NCBI GenBank assembly: GCA_964609025.1
Contig: CAZSQM010000005.1
Span: forward strand, 35,402 to 99,401
Length of the DNA stretch: 64,000 nucleotides
DNA from: an uncultured Lachnospiraceae bacterium
GTDB lineage: Bacteria; Bacillota; Clostridia; Lachnospirales; Lachnospiraceae
Direction: 5' to 3'
Numbering within the stretch: position 1 is the stretch's first letter; each line of letters begins with the position of its first letter. The notes beneath the pieces are model-generated. The model was not told where the DNA came from, did no database searches, and worked only from the letters and a program-made list of their open reading frames with translations. Positions 38,220 to 48,866 of the stretch are shown in pieces. The translations under genes were made by a program, and so were the position numbers.

Positions 38220-38774
38220 ATGAATATCAGCGGTATTATTATTTTATTTCCTGTTCTCCTGCTTATCATAGGTATCCCTGTCGCCATCGGCATCTATGTC
38301 TACCGCGACGCTTCCCGGCGCAACATGAACGCCGCGCTCTGGACGCTGCTTGCCGTGTTTGCGCCCGGCTTTATCGGACTGATCATTTATCTGCTTGTCC
38401 GCTCCGGGTACTCCGATTCCTATTGCCCGACCTGCGGCGGCGCGGTACGCGAAAGCTTTGCCGTCTGTCCGCACTGCGGCGCTTCCTTAAAGGCACACTG
38501 CACAAACTGTAACTCCCCGCTAGAGGCAGGCTGGATTAACTGCCCTCACTGCGGCATGCCGATTCCTGCCGAGCAGCAGGAGCAGCTGGCTTCCGGTACA
38601 AAAAAAGACAAGGGCCTCGGCAGACTTTTATTTTTCCTGATTGTCGTTCCGATTTTACTTTGTATTCTGATGATTTTAGCTGCCGCTATGTACAGCTTCA
38701 AATCGGTAACCTACTCCTCCCTGTCTGCTGCGCTTTCCGCAGGAAGCGCTATTGCCGGTCACATTGCACATTAG
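38220..38774 (+). CDS. Membrane protein with an N-terminal PLDc_N-like (YxlE-like) domain and tandem zinc-ribbon CxxC pairs
   Basis: IYVYRDASRRNMNAALWTLLAVFAPGFIGLIIYLLVR is a PLDc_N-like motif. The zinc-ribbon motifs are CPTCGG...CPHCG and CTNCN...CPHCG. The start is at the ATG at 38220. A C-terminal TM helix is present. Confidence 0.5.
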   Translation: MNISGIIILFPVLLLIIGIPVAIGIYVYRDASRRNMNAALWTLLAVFAPGFIGLIIYLLVRSGYSDSYCPTCGGAVRESFAVCPHCGASLKAHCTNCNSPLEAGWINCPHCGMPIPAEQQEQLASGTKKDKGLGRLLFFLIVVPILLCILMILAAAMYSFKSVTYSSLSAALSAGSAIAGHIAH

Positions 38775-38779
38775 AACAA

Positions 38780-38826
38780 AAAAATAAAAGGGGCTGCGCT
38801 TAATGACAGCCCCTTTTTATTTTTCC
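38780..38826. terminator. Bidirectional rho-independent terminator between the zinc-ribbon protein gene and asd
   Basis: Stem aaaggggctg / cagccccttt with a 9-nt loop. Both sides have T-runs. Confidence 0.65.
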
Positions 38827-38835
38827 GAACCGGCC

Positions 38836-39918
38836 TTACTTCGCCGTAATATATCCCTGTGCCTTTAACAGCTCTGCGCAAAGCACCGCGCCGCCCGCCG
38901 CACCGCGAACCGTGTTGTGGGAAAGGCCCACGAACTTCCAGTCGTATACGGAATCCTCACGGATTCTGCCAACGCTTACGCCCATACCGTTCTCATAATC
39001 CACATCCAGCTTTACCTGCGGACGATTGTCTTCCTCAAGGTACTGGATAAACTGCTTCGGTGCACTCGGAAGCGCAAGCTCCTGCGGAACACCCTTGAAA
39101 TTAACCAGCTTCTCAATCAGCTGTTCCTTCGTCGGCTTCTTTCTGAACTTTACGAATACCGCAGCGGTATGACCGTTTAACACCGGAACACGGATACACT
39201 GGCAGGTAATGACCGGAGAGGTCGCCGGAACGATAACGCCGTCCTTAATCTCGCCCCAGATACGAAGCGGCTCTTTCTCGCTCTTCTCTTCCTCGCCGCC
39301 GATGTACGGGATAATGTTCTCTACCATTTCCGGCCAATCCTTAAAGGTCTTGCCCGCACCGGAGATTGCCTGATACGTGGTAGCCACTACCTCATACGGC
39401 TCAAACTCCTTCCATGCGGTCAATACCGGCGCATAGCTCTGGATAGAGCAGTTCGGCTTTACTGCCACAAAGCCTCTTGTCGTACCGAGACGCTTCTTTT
39501 GGAAATCAATCACCTTCATATGCTCCGGGTTAATTTCCGGCACTACCATAGGAACATCCGGAGTCCAGCGGTGCGCGCTGTTATTGGAAACAACCGGGGT
39601 TTCGGTCTTTGCATACGCTTCCTCGATTGCCTTAATTTCGTCCTTTGTCATATCTACTGCGCTGAATACAAAATCAACCGTTGCCGCAACCGCCTCAACC
39701 TCGTTGACGTTCTTTACAATCAGCTTCTTTACCGCTTCCGGCATAGGAGTAGTCATCTTCCAACGGTCGCCGACTGCTTCTTCATAGGTCTTTCCGGCGC
39801 TTCTCGGGCTTGCTGCCACCGTCACTACCTCAAACCACGGATGGTTCTCCAGCAAAGCGATAAATCTCTGTCCTACCATACCCGTTGCACCTAAAATACC
39901 GACTCTTAACTTAGCCAT
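38836..39918 (-). CDS. asd: Aspartate-semialdehyde dehydrogenase
   Basis: MAKLRVGILGATGMVGQRF is the N-terminal Rossmann motif. Length and overall pattern fit ASADH. Confidence 0.9.
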   Translation of the reverse strand: MAKLRVGILGATGMVGQRFIALLENHPWFEVVTVAASPRSAGKTYEEAVGDRWKMTTPMPEAVKKLIVKNVNEVEAVAATVDFVFSAVDMTKDEIKAIEEAYAKTETPVVSNNSAHRWTPDVPMVVPEINPEHMKVIDFQKKRLGTTRGFVAVKPNCSIQSYAPVLTAWKEFEPYEVVATTYQAISGAGKTFKDWPEMVENIIPYIGGEEEKSEKEPLRIWGEIKDGVIVPATSPVITCQCIRVPVLNGHTAAVFVKFRKKPTKEQLIEKLVNFKGVPQELALPSAPKQFIQYLEEDNRPQVKLDVDYENGMGVSVGRIREDSVYDWKFVGLSHNTVRGAAGGAVLCAELLKAQGYITAK

Positions 39919-40008
39919 TCTACTTTACCTCCGTCTTCTCCGCGTTTTTCCGCAAGGCTCACTGCTCCGCGGTGTTTGTTTTTCTGTCGCGTACATTTGT
40001 CTTTTGCT

Positions 40009-40037
40009 ATCATACACTGTTTTCAGGAAAAAATCAA
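40009..40037 (-). promoter_or_regulatory. Sigma-A promoter of asd
   Basis: On the minus strand: TTGATT (40032-40037), a 17-nt spacer, and an extended -10 TGTATGAT (40009-40014). Confidence 0.5.
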
Positions 40038-40201
40038 CCTTTATTTTTCATTCCACGCACTTTTTGTCACTATTGCTTAGTTTTTGGCAGGTTTCGTGCT
40101 CCCTTTTGCCTATTCTGCCGAGGTTTCTTTGCCGCCTGCCGCCTCATTCCGTACGTTTCGCTTTTGCGTTCTTTCCCCTCTCCCGTGCCGCACGCACAAG
40201 C

Positions 40202-41191
40202 TTACTCCGCCCTTTCCGTTTTCTTCGCGTACTCCGACAGCAGTTCTTCCAGTTCCTCCAGGGTTTCCACCGCATTGATTTTCACCCGCAGTCCGGCGGA
40301 ATGCGGATATCCGGTCGTATACCAGGCAACGTGCTTTCGCATTTCACGCATTCCCAGATACTCACCCTTAAAGTCAAGCTGCATTCTTGCATGGCGGAGA
40401 ATCGTTTCCGACAGTTCGGATAACGCCGGTCTTTCCAAAAGCTCCCCGGTTTCCAGATAATGCTTCGTCCGTGAAAACAGCCACGGGTCACCCTGCACGC
40501 CCCGGGCTAACATCAGACCGTCACAGCCTGTTTCATCTAACATCCGCTTTGCGTCCTGCGGAGTAAAAATATCGCCGTTTCCGATTACCGGTATTTTTAC
40601 CGTCTCCTTGACCCGGCGGATAATCTCTAGGTCCGCCTTTCCGCTGTAATACTGCTCTCTGGTCCGCCCGTGAACGGCAACCGCCGCCGCGCCGCACTCT
40701 TCGGCGATTTTCGCAAGCTCCGGCGCATTCGCATCCTCTTTTCCGAACCCCTTGCGGATTTTTACCGTCACCGGCTTTTGTATGGCACGCGCAACCGCTT
40801 CGATAATCTCCCCGGCCTTTTTCGGCTCCTTCATCAGCGCCGAACCCTCGCCGTTATTTACAACCTTCGGCACCGGACACCCCATGTTAATATCCAGGAT
40901 ATCAAAAGGAAGCTCCTCAATCCTTTTTGCCACCTCGCTCATAATCGCTGCGTTTTCTCCAAACAGCTGCAAGGCAACCGGGCGCTCGCTCTCTGCGGTT
41001 TCCAAAAGGCTTTTCGTGTTCCGGTTATTGTAATAAATCCCTTTTGCACTCACCATTTCGGTATAAATCAGATCTGCTCCCTGCTCCTTGCAAAGACAAC
41101 GAAAAGGCAGGTCGGTTACCCCTGCCATCGGTCCTAATGCTAAGATTCCGTCTGTTTTTACCGTTCCGATTTGTAAGCCCTTTGCACTCAT
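40202..41191 (-). CDS. dusB: tRNA-dihydrouridine synthase (DusB family)
   Basis: [15 protein letters not shown]...IDINMGCP is the Dus TIM-barrel signature. Confidence 0.85.
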   Translation of the reverse strand: MSAKGLQIGTVKTDGILALGPMAGVTDLPFRCLCKEQGADLIYTEMVSAKGIYYNNRNTKSLLETAESERPVALQLFGENAAIMSEVAKRIEELPFDILDINMGCPVPKVVNNGEGSALMKEPKKAGEIIEAVARAIQKPVTVKIRKGFGKEDANAPELAKIAEECGAAAVAVHGRTREQYYSGKADLEIIRRVKETVKIPVIGNGDIFTPQDAKRMLDETGCDGLMLARGVQGDPWLFSRTKHYLETGELLERPALSELSETILRHARMQLDFKGEYLGMREMRKHVAWYTTGYPHSAGLRVKINAVETLEELEELLSEYAKKTERAE

Positions 41192-41973
41192 CGTTCTCTG
41201 CCCTGCCCTTTGTGGCGGCGGTAAATCAGATATAAGCCTTTCATGGTAAGCATCGGGTCATACTCGGCAATGCAATCGGTTTCTTCTGCAATAATACGCC
41301 CCAGGCCGCCGGTTGCTACTACTTTTACTTCCGAAAAGCCGGATTCCTCTATCATTTTCTTTACAATATACTCTGTCTGCCCTATCGTCCCGTACACAAG
41401 CCCCGCCTGCATGCTGGATATCGTTTCCTTGGCAAGAATCGACTCCGGCTTTCTGATTTCGATTTTCGGCAGCTTCGCCGCCTCATTCCAGAGCGCATTT
41501 GCGGAAATTCCGATACCCGGACTGGTAACTCCGGCAATAAACTCTCCGTCCGCACTCACCAAATCGTAGGTAGTTGCCGTACCAAAATCGATGACAAGCA
41601 CCGGTCCGCCGTATAATTCATATGCCGCCACCGCATCTACCACGCGGTCCGCACCGATTTCCTTCGGATTTGCGGTTGCGATTTTTAAGCCGGTTCTCGT
41701 TCCGGTGCCCACAATCAGCGGCTTGCAACCGAAATATTTCAGCATGGAATTAACCAGTGAGTGCATCACATCCGGCACTACCGAAGCAATAATAACATCG
41801 CTGATTTCTTCTTTCTTCCTACCGCGGCTTTCTACCATTCCGCAGAAACAAAGTCCGTACTCGTCCGAAGTACGCTTTTCCTTCGTTGTCAGCCGGAAGG
41901 TCGTCACCAGAGTTTCTCCCTCGAACATACCGCAGGTAATATTCGTATTGCCTACATCAATTGCCAGTAACAT
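41188..41973 (-). CDS. coaX: Type III pantothenate kinase
   Basis: [17 protein letters not shown]... with the ASKHA fold. 261 aa. Overlaps dusB by 4 nt. Confidence 0.85.
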   Translation of the reverse strand: MLLAIDVGNTNITCGMFEGETLVTTFRLTTKEKRTSDEYGLCFCGMVESRGRKKEEISDVIIASVVPDVMHSLVNSMLKYFGCKPLIVGTGTRTGLKIATANPKEIGADRVVDAVAAYELYGGPVLVIDFGTATTYDLVSADGEFIAGVTSPGIGISANALWNEAAKLPKIEIRKPESILAKETISSMQAGLVYGTIGQTEYIVKKMIEESGFSEVKVVATGGLGRIIAEETDCIAEYDPMLTMKGLYLIYRRHKGQGRER

Positions 41974-42003
41974 ATTCTGTCCTCCTACAAGGGCTTTTAC
42001 CGT

Positions 42004-42357
42004 TTAGGAATCCGAAGTCAGAAGCTCCGTTGCGTCCTCACCTAAAAAGAAGACCTTAAAATAAAGCTCCAGCGACTCCAGCAGTTCCCTCTTTTCCTCT
42101 TGCAGACGCTTAATCAAAAGCACGCTTCCGATTTCATCAAACAGCAAATCGCCTTCGTCCGCATTTACCTCAAACACCAGCGTTCCGTCTTCTTCGTACA
42201 CCATAGAGAGGACTCCGCCCACATCCTCCGTATAAAGCACGCACATAATCTTTAACTCATCCTTAATCGTCTGGGGAAGCGCTTCAAAATCCTCGTTCAG
42301 ATAATACTTTTTTTCGTAAGCATTACTGACGCACAGTACCACTCGTTCCTCGTACAT
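42004..42357 (-). CDS. Hypothetical acidic cytoplasmic protein
   Basis: 117-aa ORF in an operon position upstream of coaX. No family recognised. Confidence 0.45.
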   Translation of the reverse strand: MYEERVVLCVSNAYEKKYYLNEDFEALPQTIKDELKIMCVLYTEDVGGVLSMVYEEDGTLVFEVNADEGDLLFDEIGSVLLIKRLQEEKRELLESLELYFKVFFLGEDATELLTSDS

Positions 42358-42374
42358 AAAAGCCTCCGCTTTTC

Positions 42375-43193
42375 TTATTTCACTTCAATACCGCCGAACA
42401 GACAGGTCCCCTTGATATAAACGGTCGGCGTATTTTCATCCGCGCCGAGCGGCGTCCGCGTACCGTTCTCCACACCGCCTAAAATCGGGGTAACATCCAC
42501 TACAACCCGTACATTGGACGGCATGATAAGGTCAATTCCGCCGAAAATCGCTTTTACTTCAATCGTGACATTCTTCTTTATCAGCGCGTTCTTTAAATTG
42601 ATATCAATACCGCCGAACAGTGCCGACAAATCCGCGCCGTAAAAACCGGAATTGTCCACATGAATATCCCTGCCGGAAAACACGGCGGAGCATACCAGCT
42701 TCTCACCGGTATCCTGCTCCCGATAGGAGCTTTCGGAGGATTCCACCGTAACGTCCTGCACCTCCTCATATACCACGCCGTCTTCCGATGCGGTATACGC
42801 TGCGCCCGCCGTTACGTTTTCCCGACGGTCAAAACGATCCGCCTGTACATCCTCTCTTTTCTCTTTCCTTGCCTTCTTCGGAAGAATCAGGCTGACGCCG
42901 ATCAGCACACAGACTGCAGCCAGAATCAGCGCCCACAGCTTGTCGGAATCCAGAATATCCTGTGCCGACAAAAGCAAAAACAGCCCGACTGCAATTCCGA
43001 TTAAATAGCCGACCTTCTCGCCGCCTTTGCTAAGCAGACCGCAAAAGCACGGGACAATAATAAACAGCGTCCACCATCCGTCAAAGAAAATCGTAAACTC
43101 CTCGATAATTCCTACCGCTTCCGCTAAATAACCGGCACCGATTACCAGAAACAGCAGTCCTAAAACAATGCCGACATAATTATTTTTCTTCAT
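42375..43193 (-). CDS. LiaF-like membrane protein with a C-terminal DUF2154 / cell wall-active antibiotic response domain
   Basis: An N-terminal block of four TM helices is followed by a beta-rich C-terminal region with a repeated GGIDxxx pattern (FGGIDINL, FGGIDLIM, FGGIEVK). The start is at the ATG at 43193. Confidence 0.55.
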   Translation of the reverse strand: MKKNNYVGIVLGLLFLVIGAGYLAEAVGIIEEFTIFFDGWWTLFIIVPCFCGLLSKGGEKVGYLIGIAVGLFLLLSAQDILDSDKLWALILAAVCVLIGVSLILPKKARKEKREDVQADRFDRRENVTAGAAYTASEDGVVYEEVQDVTVESSESSYREQDTGEKLVCSAVFSGRDIHVDNSGFYGADLSALFGGIDINLKNALIKKNVTIEVKAIFGGIDLIMPSNVRVVVDVTPILGGVENGTRTPLGADENTPTVYIKGTCLFGGIEVK

Positions 43194-43346
43194 AAGCTCT
43201 ACCTCTCTCACAAAACAATTTTGTCTTTCTGTCTTTATGATACAAAAGGTTTTGCGAAAAAGCAAATTAGAATTCGATTAGATTTCTTAGGGGAACGTTA
43301 ATTGAAACGTTTCCCCACCGAATTTGTGCCACGAAGCAGCTTTTCC

Positions 43347-44291
43347 TTACGCTTCCGTGTTCCCGAGGGTTGCTACCATAACCGCCTTGATGGTGTGCAT
43401 ACGGTTCTCCGCTTCGTCAAACACAACCTCGGCGTACTTTTCAAATACATCTGCGGTTACTTCGTTCCCCTTTACCGCCGGCAGGCAATGAAGGAAAATC
43501 GTACTCTCCTTACCGGTGCGTGCCATCAGCTCCGCATTCACCTGATACGGACGCAACAATGCCACACGCTCTGCTGCCTTATCCTCTTCGCCCATAGAAC
43601 ACCAGACATCGGTATAAACCGCGTCGGCGCCCTCGACTGCGTTCAAATCCTCCGTTACCGTAAGCACACTGCCGGATTCCTTGGCGTATTCCTTACAGGT
43701 TGCGACAAGCTCTTCGCCCGGCCACAGCTCCTTCGGCGCCAGAATCGTAAAATGAATGCCGACCTTTGCGGAACCGATCATAAGACTGTTTGCCATATTA
43801 TTGCGCCCGTCGCCCACAAACACCAGCTTCTTTCCCTTTAACTCGCCCAAATGCTCGCGCATGGTTAAAAAGTCCGCAAGAATCTGGGTCGGATGGTAGG
43901 TGTCCGTCAAACCGTTCCATACCGGAACACCACTGTATTTCGCAAGCTTCTCCACGGTTTCCTGAGAAAATCCGCGGAACTCGATACCGTCAAACATTCT
44001 TCCGAGGACGCGCGCCGTATCTTCAACGCTCTCTTTGTGTCCGAGCTGGATATCATCCTTGCCGAGATACTCCGGGTGTCCGCCCTCGTCAATACAGCCG
44101 ATGGTAAAGGAGCAGCGCGTTCTCGTAGACGGTTTCTCAAAAATCAACGCAATGTTTTTCCCTTTTAGGCTGTTTCCGGTAATTCCCCGCTTCTTCTTCG
44201 CCTTTAAATCCGCCGCCAGGTCCAACAGATACAAAATCTCCTCCGGCGAATAATCCTTCAATGTTAAAAATGAACGTCCCTTTAAATTCAT
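43347..44291 (-). CDS. argF: Ornithine carbamoyltransferase
   Basis: STRTR, HPTQ and HCLP motifs. The start is at the ATG at 44291 (MNLKGRSFL...). Confidence 0.9.
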   Translation of the reverse strand: MNLKGRSFLTLKDYSPEEILYLLDLAADLKAKKKRGITGNSLKGKNIALIFEKPSTRTRCSFTIGCIDEGGHPEYLGKDDIQLGHKESVEDTARVLGRMFDGIEFRGFSQETVEKLAKYSGVPVWNGLTDTYHPTQILADFLTMREHLGELKGKKLVFVGDGRNNMANSLMIGSAKVGIHFTILAPKELWPGEELVATCKEYAKESGSVLTVTEDLNAVEGADAVYTDVWCSMGEEDKAAERVALLRPYQVNAELMARTGKESTIFLHCLPAVKGNEVTADVFEKYAEVVFDEAENRMHTIKAVMVATLGNTEA

Positions 44292-44359
44292 TCCGATTCC
44301 CCCTTTTGGGATTTTTAAGTAATTATACATCGTATCCGTATAATATTCAATACTATTTT

Positions 44360-45487
44360 CTATTTTTCAACAATATTTTCCAGCAGGAACTCCAGTGCGC
44401 GTTCCATCAGAATACTCTGCTCCACATAGGTTCTGTCCTGCTGCTCCAAAAACTCGTCCATCGTCATCTGATAGCTTGCCGCAAGTTCCGTTGCATACTG
44501 CGTAAACTCATCCTCGGTTAGAGTAATCCCCTCTGCCTTGGCAACACAATAGAGCACGATACGCTCCTGCTCCGCACGGCGCATCTGGGACTCCATCTCC
44601 GCCCAGAACGCCTTGCTGTCCGGAATTCCGCTGTAAAGGAAAAAGGTTTCCAAATCCACGCCGAACATCTGCGCATACAGCTCATAGTAGGACTTCATGG
44701 AATCCAGACTTGCCTGAATGTATGCTTCGTTGAGCTCCGCAAACTCCGTGTTCTCCACCAGATAATCCATTACCGCCAAATATTCTTTTTCCTCGGTCAA
44801 AAGTCCCAGGGAATACTCCTTAAACGCCTGCACCGTAGTATATTCCTCCGACGTCAGTTCCTTTATGAACTCATCCGTCAGCTCCGGCAGCACATACCGG
44901 CAAATCGCGTTTACCTTCACCTCGAATACAACGGCCTTTCCCGCCATATCCGGGTTGTTGCGATAGTCTTCCGGGAATGTTAATTCCAACGACCTTGTTT
45001 CTCCCTTTTTCGCACCGACCAGACCTTCCTCAAAGCCCTCGATAAACTGGCCGGAACCGATTTCCAAATCAAAGCCGACGTCCGAACCGCCCTCAAACGG
45101 CTCGTTATCTAAATAGCCGGTAAAATCAATATTGGCAACATCGCCGTTTTCTACCGTACCGTCCTTTTCCTCCAACAGCATATTTTCCTCCAATACTTCC
45201 AGGATATATGCCTCAAGCTCTGCGTCCGTTACCTTTTCCACCGGAATTCCGATATAGTCCTTTGCCAGCTTTGTTGCAGCGACACAGTCTTCATAATTGG
45301 TAATCGGGACCTCTGCCTCAGTATCCCCTCCGGTCTCCGTCGGCGTTGCCGTTGCGTCTGGCGTAACCCCCTGTTCTGTCCCCTGAGGCGTCGGGATCTC
45401 CGTATCCGTCGGCGTTGTTCTGCCGCAGGCGCACATTGCCAATCCCATTGCCGCACACACCAGCGTTGCTAAAATCTTTTTTCTCAT
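44360..45487 (-). CDS. Putative lipoprotein with an FKBP/trigger-factor-like PPIase-fold domain
   Basis: A signal peptide with a Cys-containing lipobox-like segment (LAMCACG). A central [21 protein letters not shown] motif is of the trigger-factor/FKBP type. Confidence 0.45.
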   Translation of the reverse strand: MRKKILATLVCAAMGLAMCACGRTTPTDTEIPTPQGTEQGVTPDATATPTETGGDTEAEVPITNYEDCVAATKLAKDYIGIPVEKVTDAELEAYILEVLEENMLLEEKDGTVENGDVANIDFTGYLDNEPFEGGSDVGFDLEIGSGQFIEGFEEGLVGAKKGETRSLELTFPEDYRNNPDMAGKAVVFEVKVNAICRYVLPELTDEFIKELTSEEYTTVQAFKEYSLGLLTEEKEYLAVMDYLVENTEFAELNEAYIQASLDSMKSYYELYAQMFGVDLETFFLYSGIPDSKAFWAEMESQMRRAEQERIVLYCVAKAEGITLTEDEFTQYATELAASYQMTMDEFLEQQDRTYVEQSILMERALEFLLENIVEK

Positions 45488-45728
45488 GCCATCTCCTCTT
45501 TTCTTTTTCATACCGATTAACTTCCTTTTTCAACAAACAAAGAGTCCCGCAACCGGAACTCTTTTTATCCGCGCGGTCACGCAGTGACATTTTCCGGCGA
45601 TACGGCGCACCGCCTTACGGCACCCGTTATCGCAGGAAACACGCTTTATAGTATAACATGATATGCCCAAAAAGGCAAGTAAAACCGGGTCGGAAAACCG
45701 TTCAGCCCGGTCAAAATTCCTTACGTCC

Positions 45729-46085
45729 TCAATCCTTCATCTTCGACCGAAAGACAAGAGAGGCAAGGTAGCCGAACACCAGCGCCGCGCTGATTCCGAC
45801 CGCCGACGCGGTAAACCCGCCTTTAAAAATACCGAGAAATCCCTCTTCATCCACCGCTTTTTTGACTCCCTCAAACAGCGTATGCCCGAATCCGGTCAAC
45901 GGCACCGAAGCTCCCGCTCCCGCCCATTCCTTAAACGGCGCATAAATGCCGACCGCGCTTAATACCGCACCGCCGCATACCAGAAGTACCATAATCCGTC
46001 CCGGCTGCAGCTTCGTCCGGTCCATCAGAATCTGTACCAGTGCGCAGATTACTCCTCCTACCAGAAACGCACGGATGTAATCCAT
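45729..46085 (-). CDS. spoVAEB: Stage V sporulation protein AE (SpoVAEB-type)
   Basis: MDYIRAFLVGGVICALVQIL...SVPLTGFGHTLFEG. 118 aa, immediately downstream of spoVAD. Confidence 0.75.
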   Translation of the reverse strand: MDYIRAFLVGGVICALVQILMDRTKLQPGRIMVLLVCGGAVLSAVGIYAPFKEWAGAGASVPLTGFGHTLFEGVKKAVDEEGFLGIFKGGFTASAVGISAALVFGYLASLVFRSKMKD

Positions 46086-46086
46086 A

Positions 46087-47184
46087 TTACCTTCCCTCCT
46101 TTTTTCGTTCCAAGACAACGGCATGCGCAATTCCCGGAATACTGCTTCCCTCATTTGCACTGACCGGCGACAGCAGCGCTCCCGTCGGCACAAACAGAAT
46201 CCGCTCATATTCGCCCTCGTAAAGTTTGTCCAGCAGATAGCCCGCCAGAGTCACCGCGCTGCATCCGCAGCCCGAACCGCCGGAATGGGTATCCTGCAAT
46301 TCATTGTCGTAAATCAGCAGTCCGCAGTCCTCCTGTACGGGCTCTACCCGGTAGCCCTTCTGCCCGAGCAGGTCTGCAAAAATCTCCGCTCCTATTTTCC
46401 CCAGGTCGCCTGTCACAATTTTATCGTAATCCTCCGGGGTTCTGTGAAAATCCCGCAGGTGCGCCTCCACTACCGCCGCGGCCGCCGGCGCCATGCAGGC
46501 TCCCATATTTGCTTTATCCTTTACGCCGTAATCCGTAACACGACCGATGGTACCGCCGGAAACTACTACCTCGGCTCCGCTTTCCCTTACATTCCTATGC
46601 CTTGTTTCGCTTCCTTCCGTCTGTGCCATACTGCGTTCTAATGCCGTCCGGTTCCCGACAACCAGCGCGCCGCTGCCCGTTACCGTCCAGGTCGCCGCAA
46701 GAGGTCTTTGATTTCCGTAACCGAGCGGAAAACGAAATTCCTTCTCCGCGCTGGCAAAATGACTGGAAGTGACTGCTTCCGCGCAATCGGCAAACCCGCC
46801 GCCGACCGCCATCGAAGCTAACAAAAGCCCTTCCCCCATCGTCGAGCATGCTCCGTACACCCCCAGAAAGGGAATCGGCAGTTCTCCCGCGCCGAAGGAA
46901 CTGGCCAAAAGCTGTCCTAACAAATCTCCCGCAAACAACAGCCGAATCTGCTTCGGGGTAAGTCCCGCCTTTCGTATCGCAAGCGCAGCCGCCTTCTGCA
47001 TCATACGACTTTCCGCATCATTCCAGTTTTCTCCGCCGAACAAATCCGTTTCGTCAATCTCATCAAAAAACGAGCGCAGCGGTCCGTTTCCCTCTTTCTT
47101 TCCGACTACCGAGGCACGTCCCAGAACATAAATGTTTTCCGTAAAACAAATGCTCTGCGCTCCGACACACTTTTTTGCACTCAT
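46087..47184 (-). CDS. spoVAD: Stage V sporulation protein AD
   Basis: Thiolase-like fold. The conserved N-terminus MSAKKCVGAQSICFTENIYVLGRASVVGKKEGNGPL and the catalytic GACSTMGEGL region are present. Confidence 0.85.
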   Translation of the reverse strand: MSAKKCVGAQSICFTENIYVLGRASVVGKKEGNGPLRSFFDEIDETDLFGGENWNDAESRMMQKAAALAIRKAGLTPKQIRLLFAGDLLGQLLASSFGAGELPIPFLGVYGACSTMGEGLLLASMAVGGGFADCAEAVTSSHFASAEKEFRFPLGYGNQRPLAATWTVTGSGALVVGNRTALERSMAQTEGSETRHRNVRESGAEVVVSGGTIGRVTDYGVKDKANMGACMAPAAAAVVEAHLRDFHRTPEDYDKIVTGDLGKIGAEIFADLLGQKGYRVEPVQEDCGLLIYDNELQDTHSGGSGCGCSAVTLAGYLLDKLYEGEYERILFVPTGALLSPVSANEGSSIPGIAHAVVLERKKEGR

Positions 47185-47283
47185 TGTCTTTCCGCCTTTC
47201 TTCCAACTGCTCTCCTCTATGTTATCCTCTTTTCTTTGTACTCTCAGTGTGTACAGTTTTCCGGAAATTTATCCGATTCTCTC

Positions 47284-47311
47284 TTGCATTTTGAAAAAAC
47301 TATGGTATCAT
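47284..47311 (+). promoter_or_regulatory. Sigma-A promoter upstream of the ECF S-component gene
   Basis: TTGCAT (47284-47289), a 16-nt spacer, and an extended -10 TGGTATCAT (47303-47311). Confidence 0.45.
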
Positions 47312-47393
47312 ATTCGCAAAAAGCAAAACGAATCCGTGGTTTTAAAGTTTTCGAGGGTTTGCTTTTTGCAAAAGAACAGAAAGGAAGATTGTT

Positions 47394-47945
47394 ATGAATT
47401 CAAAGCTACATAAAATGGTTCTTACCGCATTATTTACCGCACTGGTCTGCGTTGCCACCATCATCATCCAGATTCCTTCCCCGATGCAGGGCTATGTCAA
47501 TCTGGGTGACTGTATTATCCTGCTGTCGGCATGGCTCCTCGGTCCGCTCTACGGCTTCTTTGCAGGCGGCGTCGGCTCCGCGCTTGCCGACTTACTGACC
47601 GGCTATTCCCACTATGCGCCGGGCACGCTTGTCATTAAAGGACTGATTGCCGTTGCCGCTGCCCTGATTTTTTCCGCAGGCCGTACGATTGCAAGCCGCA
47701 AGCACTCGGAAGAAACGCAACACCGCTTCCGCCGGCAGTTCCCGTGGCTTCTTCTCGGCGGTATCGCCGGAGAGGCAATTATGGTTCTCGGCTATTTTGG
47801 CTACGCAGCTCTTTTGCTCGGCAAAGGACTGGCCGCCGCTACCAGTATTCCGGGCAATCTCTTTCAGGCACTGGTCGGCATTGTTGCAGGACTGCTTCTT
47901 TATCCGGTACTGGTAAAGTCCGGGATTGCAAAAAAGGAACAGTAA
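47394..47945 (+). CDS. ECF-transporter S component (substrate-specific membrane protein, QueT/HmpT-like); substrate unknown
   Basis: 183 aa with 5-6 TM helices and the characteristic short-protein pattern (IQIPSPMQGYVNLGD...). Confidence 0.45.
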   Translation: MNSKLHKMVLTALFTALVCVATIIIQIPSPMQGYVNLGDCIILLSAWLLGPLYGFFAGGVGSALADLLTGYSHYAPGTLVIKGLIAVAAALIFSAGRTIASRKHSEETQHRFRRQFPWLLLGGIAGEAIMVLGYFGYAALLLGKGLAAATSIPGNLFQALVGIVAGLLLYPVLVKSGIAKKEQ

Positions 47946-48037
47946 GCCTATAACAATTTATCCACTAGTCTTGAGAATGTAGGAAAAAGCAGAGATATTT
48001 TCCGTTCAAACCCAAACAGAATCAGGAGGGAAACACA

Positions 48038-48562
48038 ATGAATGAACTATGCATGATAATCAAGGACATGGTGAAGCCCAATTTTCTCAATATCAGGACT
48101 TCTATTCAAACTTACGACAGAGATGCTCTATGCTGTGGCGCTCCTTGCTGGAGATGGGTCTACCACGCACTACATTCGGCTGATAAATGGTTCATAAACC
48201 CCTGTGTTTACGATGAGCCACCATTTCATGAAGAAGGCATGGATAACCCCGATAAGCCGACTTCTGTTGTCCTTTCGGACGAACAGCTTCTCGCTTATCT
48301 CGATCAAGTTGAACAAAAAACCTACGCCTACATCGACTCCCTCACGGACGAAATGCTCTACGAATGTCCCGAAAATTGCGGTCATACACGAATGGAACTC
48401 GTACTGCGCCAGTTCCGCCACATCTCATTCCATACCGGAATGCTCAACGGTCAGACGGCGCTTGCAACCGGAAAATTCCCTATGTGGGTATCTCAGGCTG
48501 ATAAGTATGTCGATGACGGCATTTTATTTGGCAGATACCGAAAGGGACAGGTAACAAAATAA
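48038..48562 (+). CDS. DinB/YfiT-like metal-dependent hydrolase superfamily protein
   Basis: A four-helix-bundle His pattern (HxxxH...H) is spread over 174 aa. The assignment is weak. Confidence 0.4.
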   Translation: MNELCMIIKDMVKPNFLNIRTSIQTYDRDALCCGAPCWRWVYHALHSADKWFINPCVYDEPPFHEEGMDNPDKPTSVVLSDEQLLAYLDQVEQKTYAYIDSLTDEMLYECPENCGHTRMELVLRQFRHISFHTGMLNGQTALATGKFPMWVSQADKYVDDGILFGRYRKGQVTK

Positions 48563-48654
48563 GGGGCGCTACGCTCGACGGGAACTCCTGATTTATCTTA
48601 CTTACAACTTCCAATTTTTACTTGAAGTATGGTAAATAATTCTTAGATGAAAGA

Positions 48655-48700
48655 AAGCACCAAATGATTCACATTGTCATTTGGTGCTTATATTATAGAT
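48655..48700 (+). terminator. Rho-independent terminator after the DinB-like gene
   Basis: Stem aagcaccaaatga / tcatttggtgctt with loop ttcacattg, then tatattatagatt. Confidence 0.5.
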
Positions 48701-48866
48701 TCCGTCCTTGATATTGCATTGTTACCGCATAAACTGTCTTGTATGGTTCATCAATGCGGAAAATGGCGATATAATTATCAATCAGTAACTGACGGTATAA
48801 AAAGTTGCTTTCCATTACGGAACTTTGCATCGGAGAAAGCGTCCTTTCTCCGGTTTCGGAATCCGC

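Noticed and set aside
45729-46208. Longer 159-aa version of spoVAEB beginning inside the 3' end of spoVAD
   Set aside because: The extension overlaps spoVAD in another frame and has no homology. The conserved SpoVAE N-terminus begins at the ATG at 46085.
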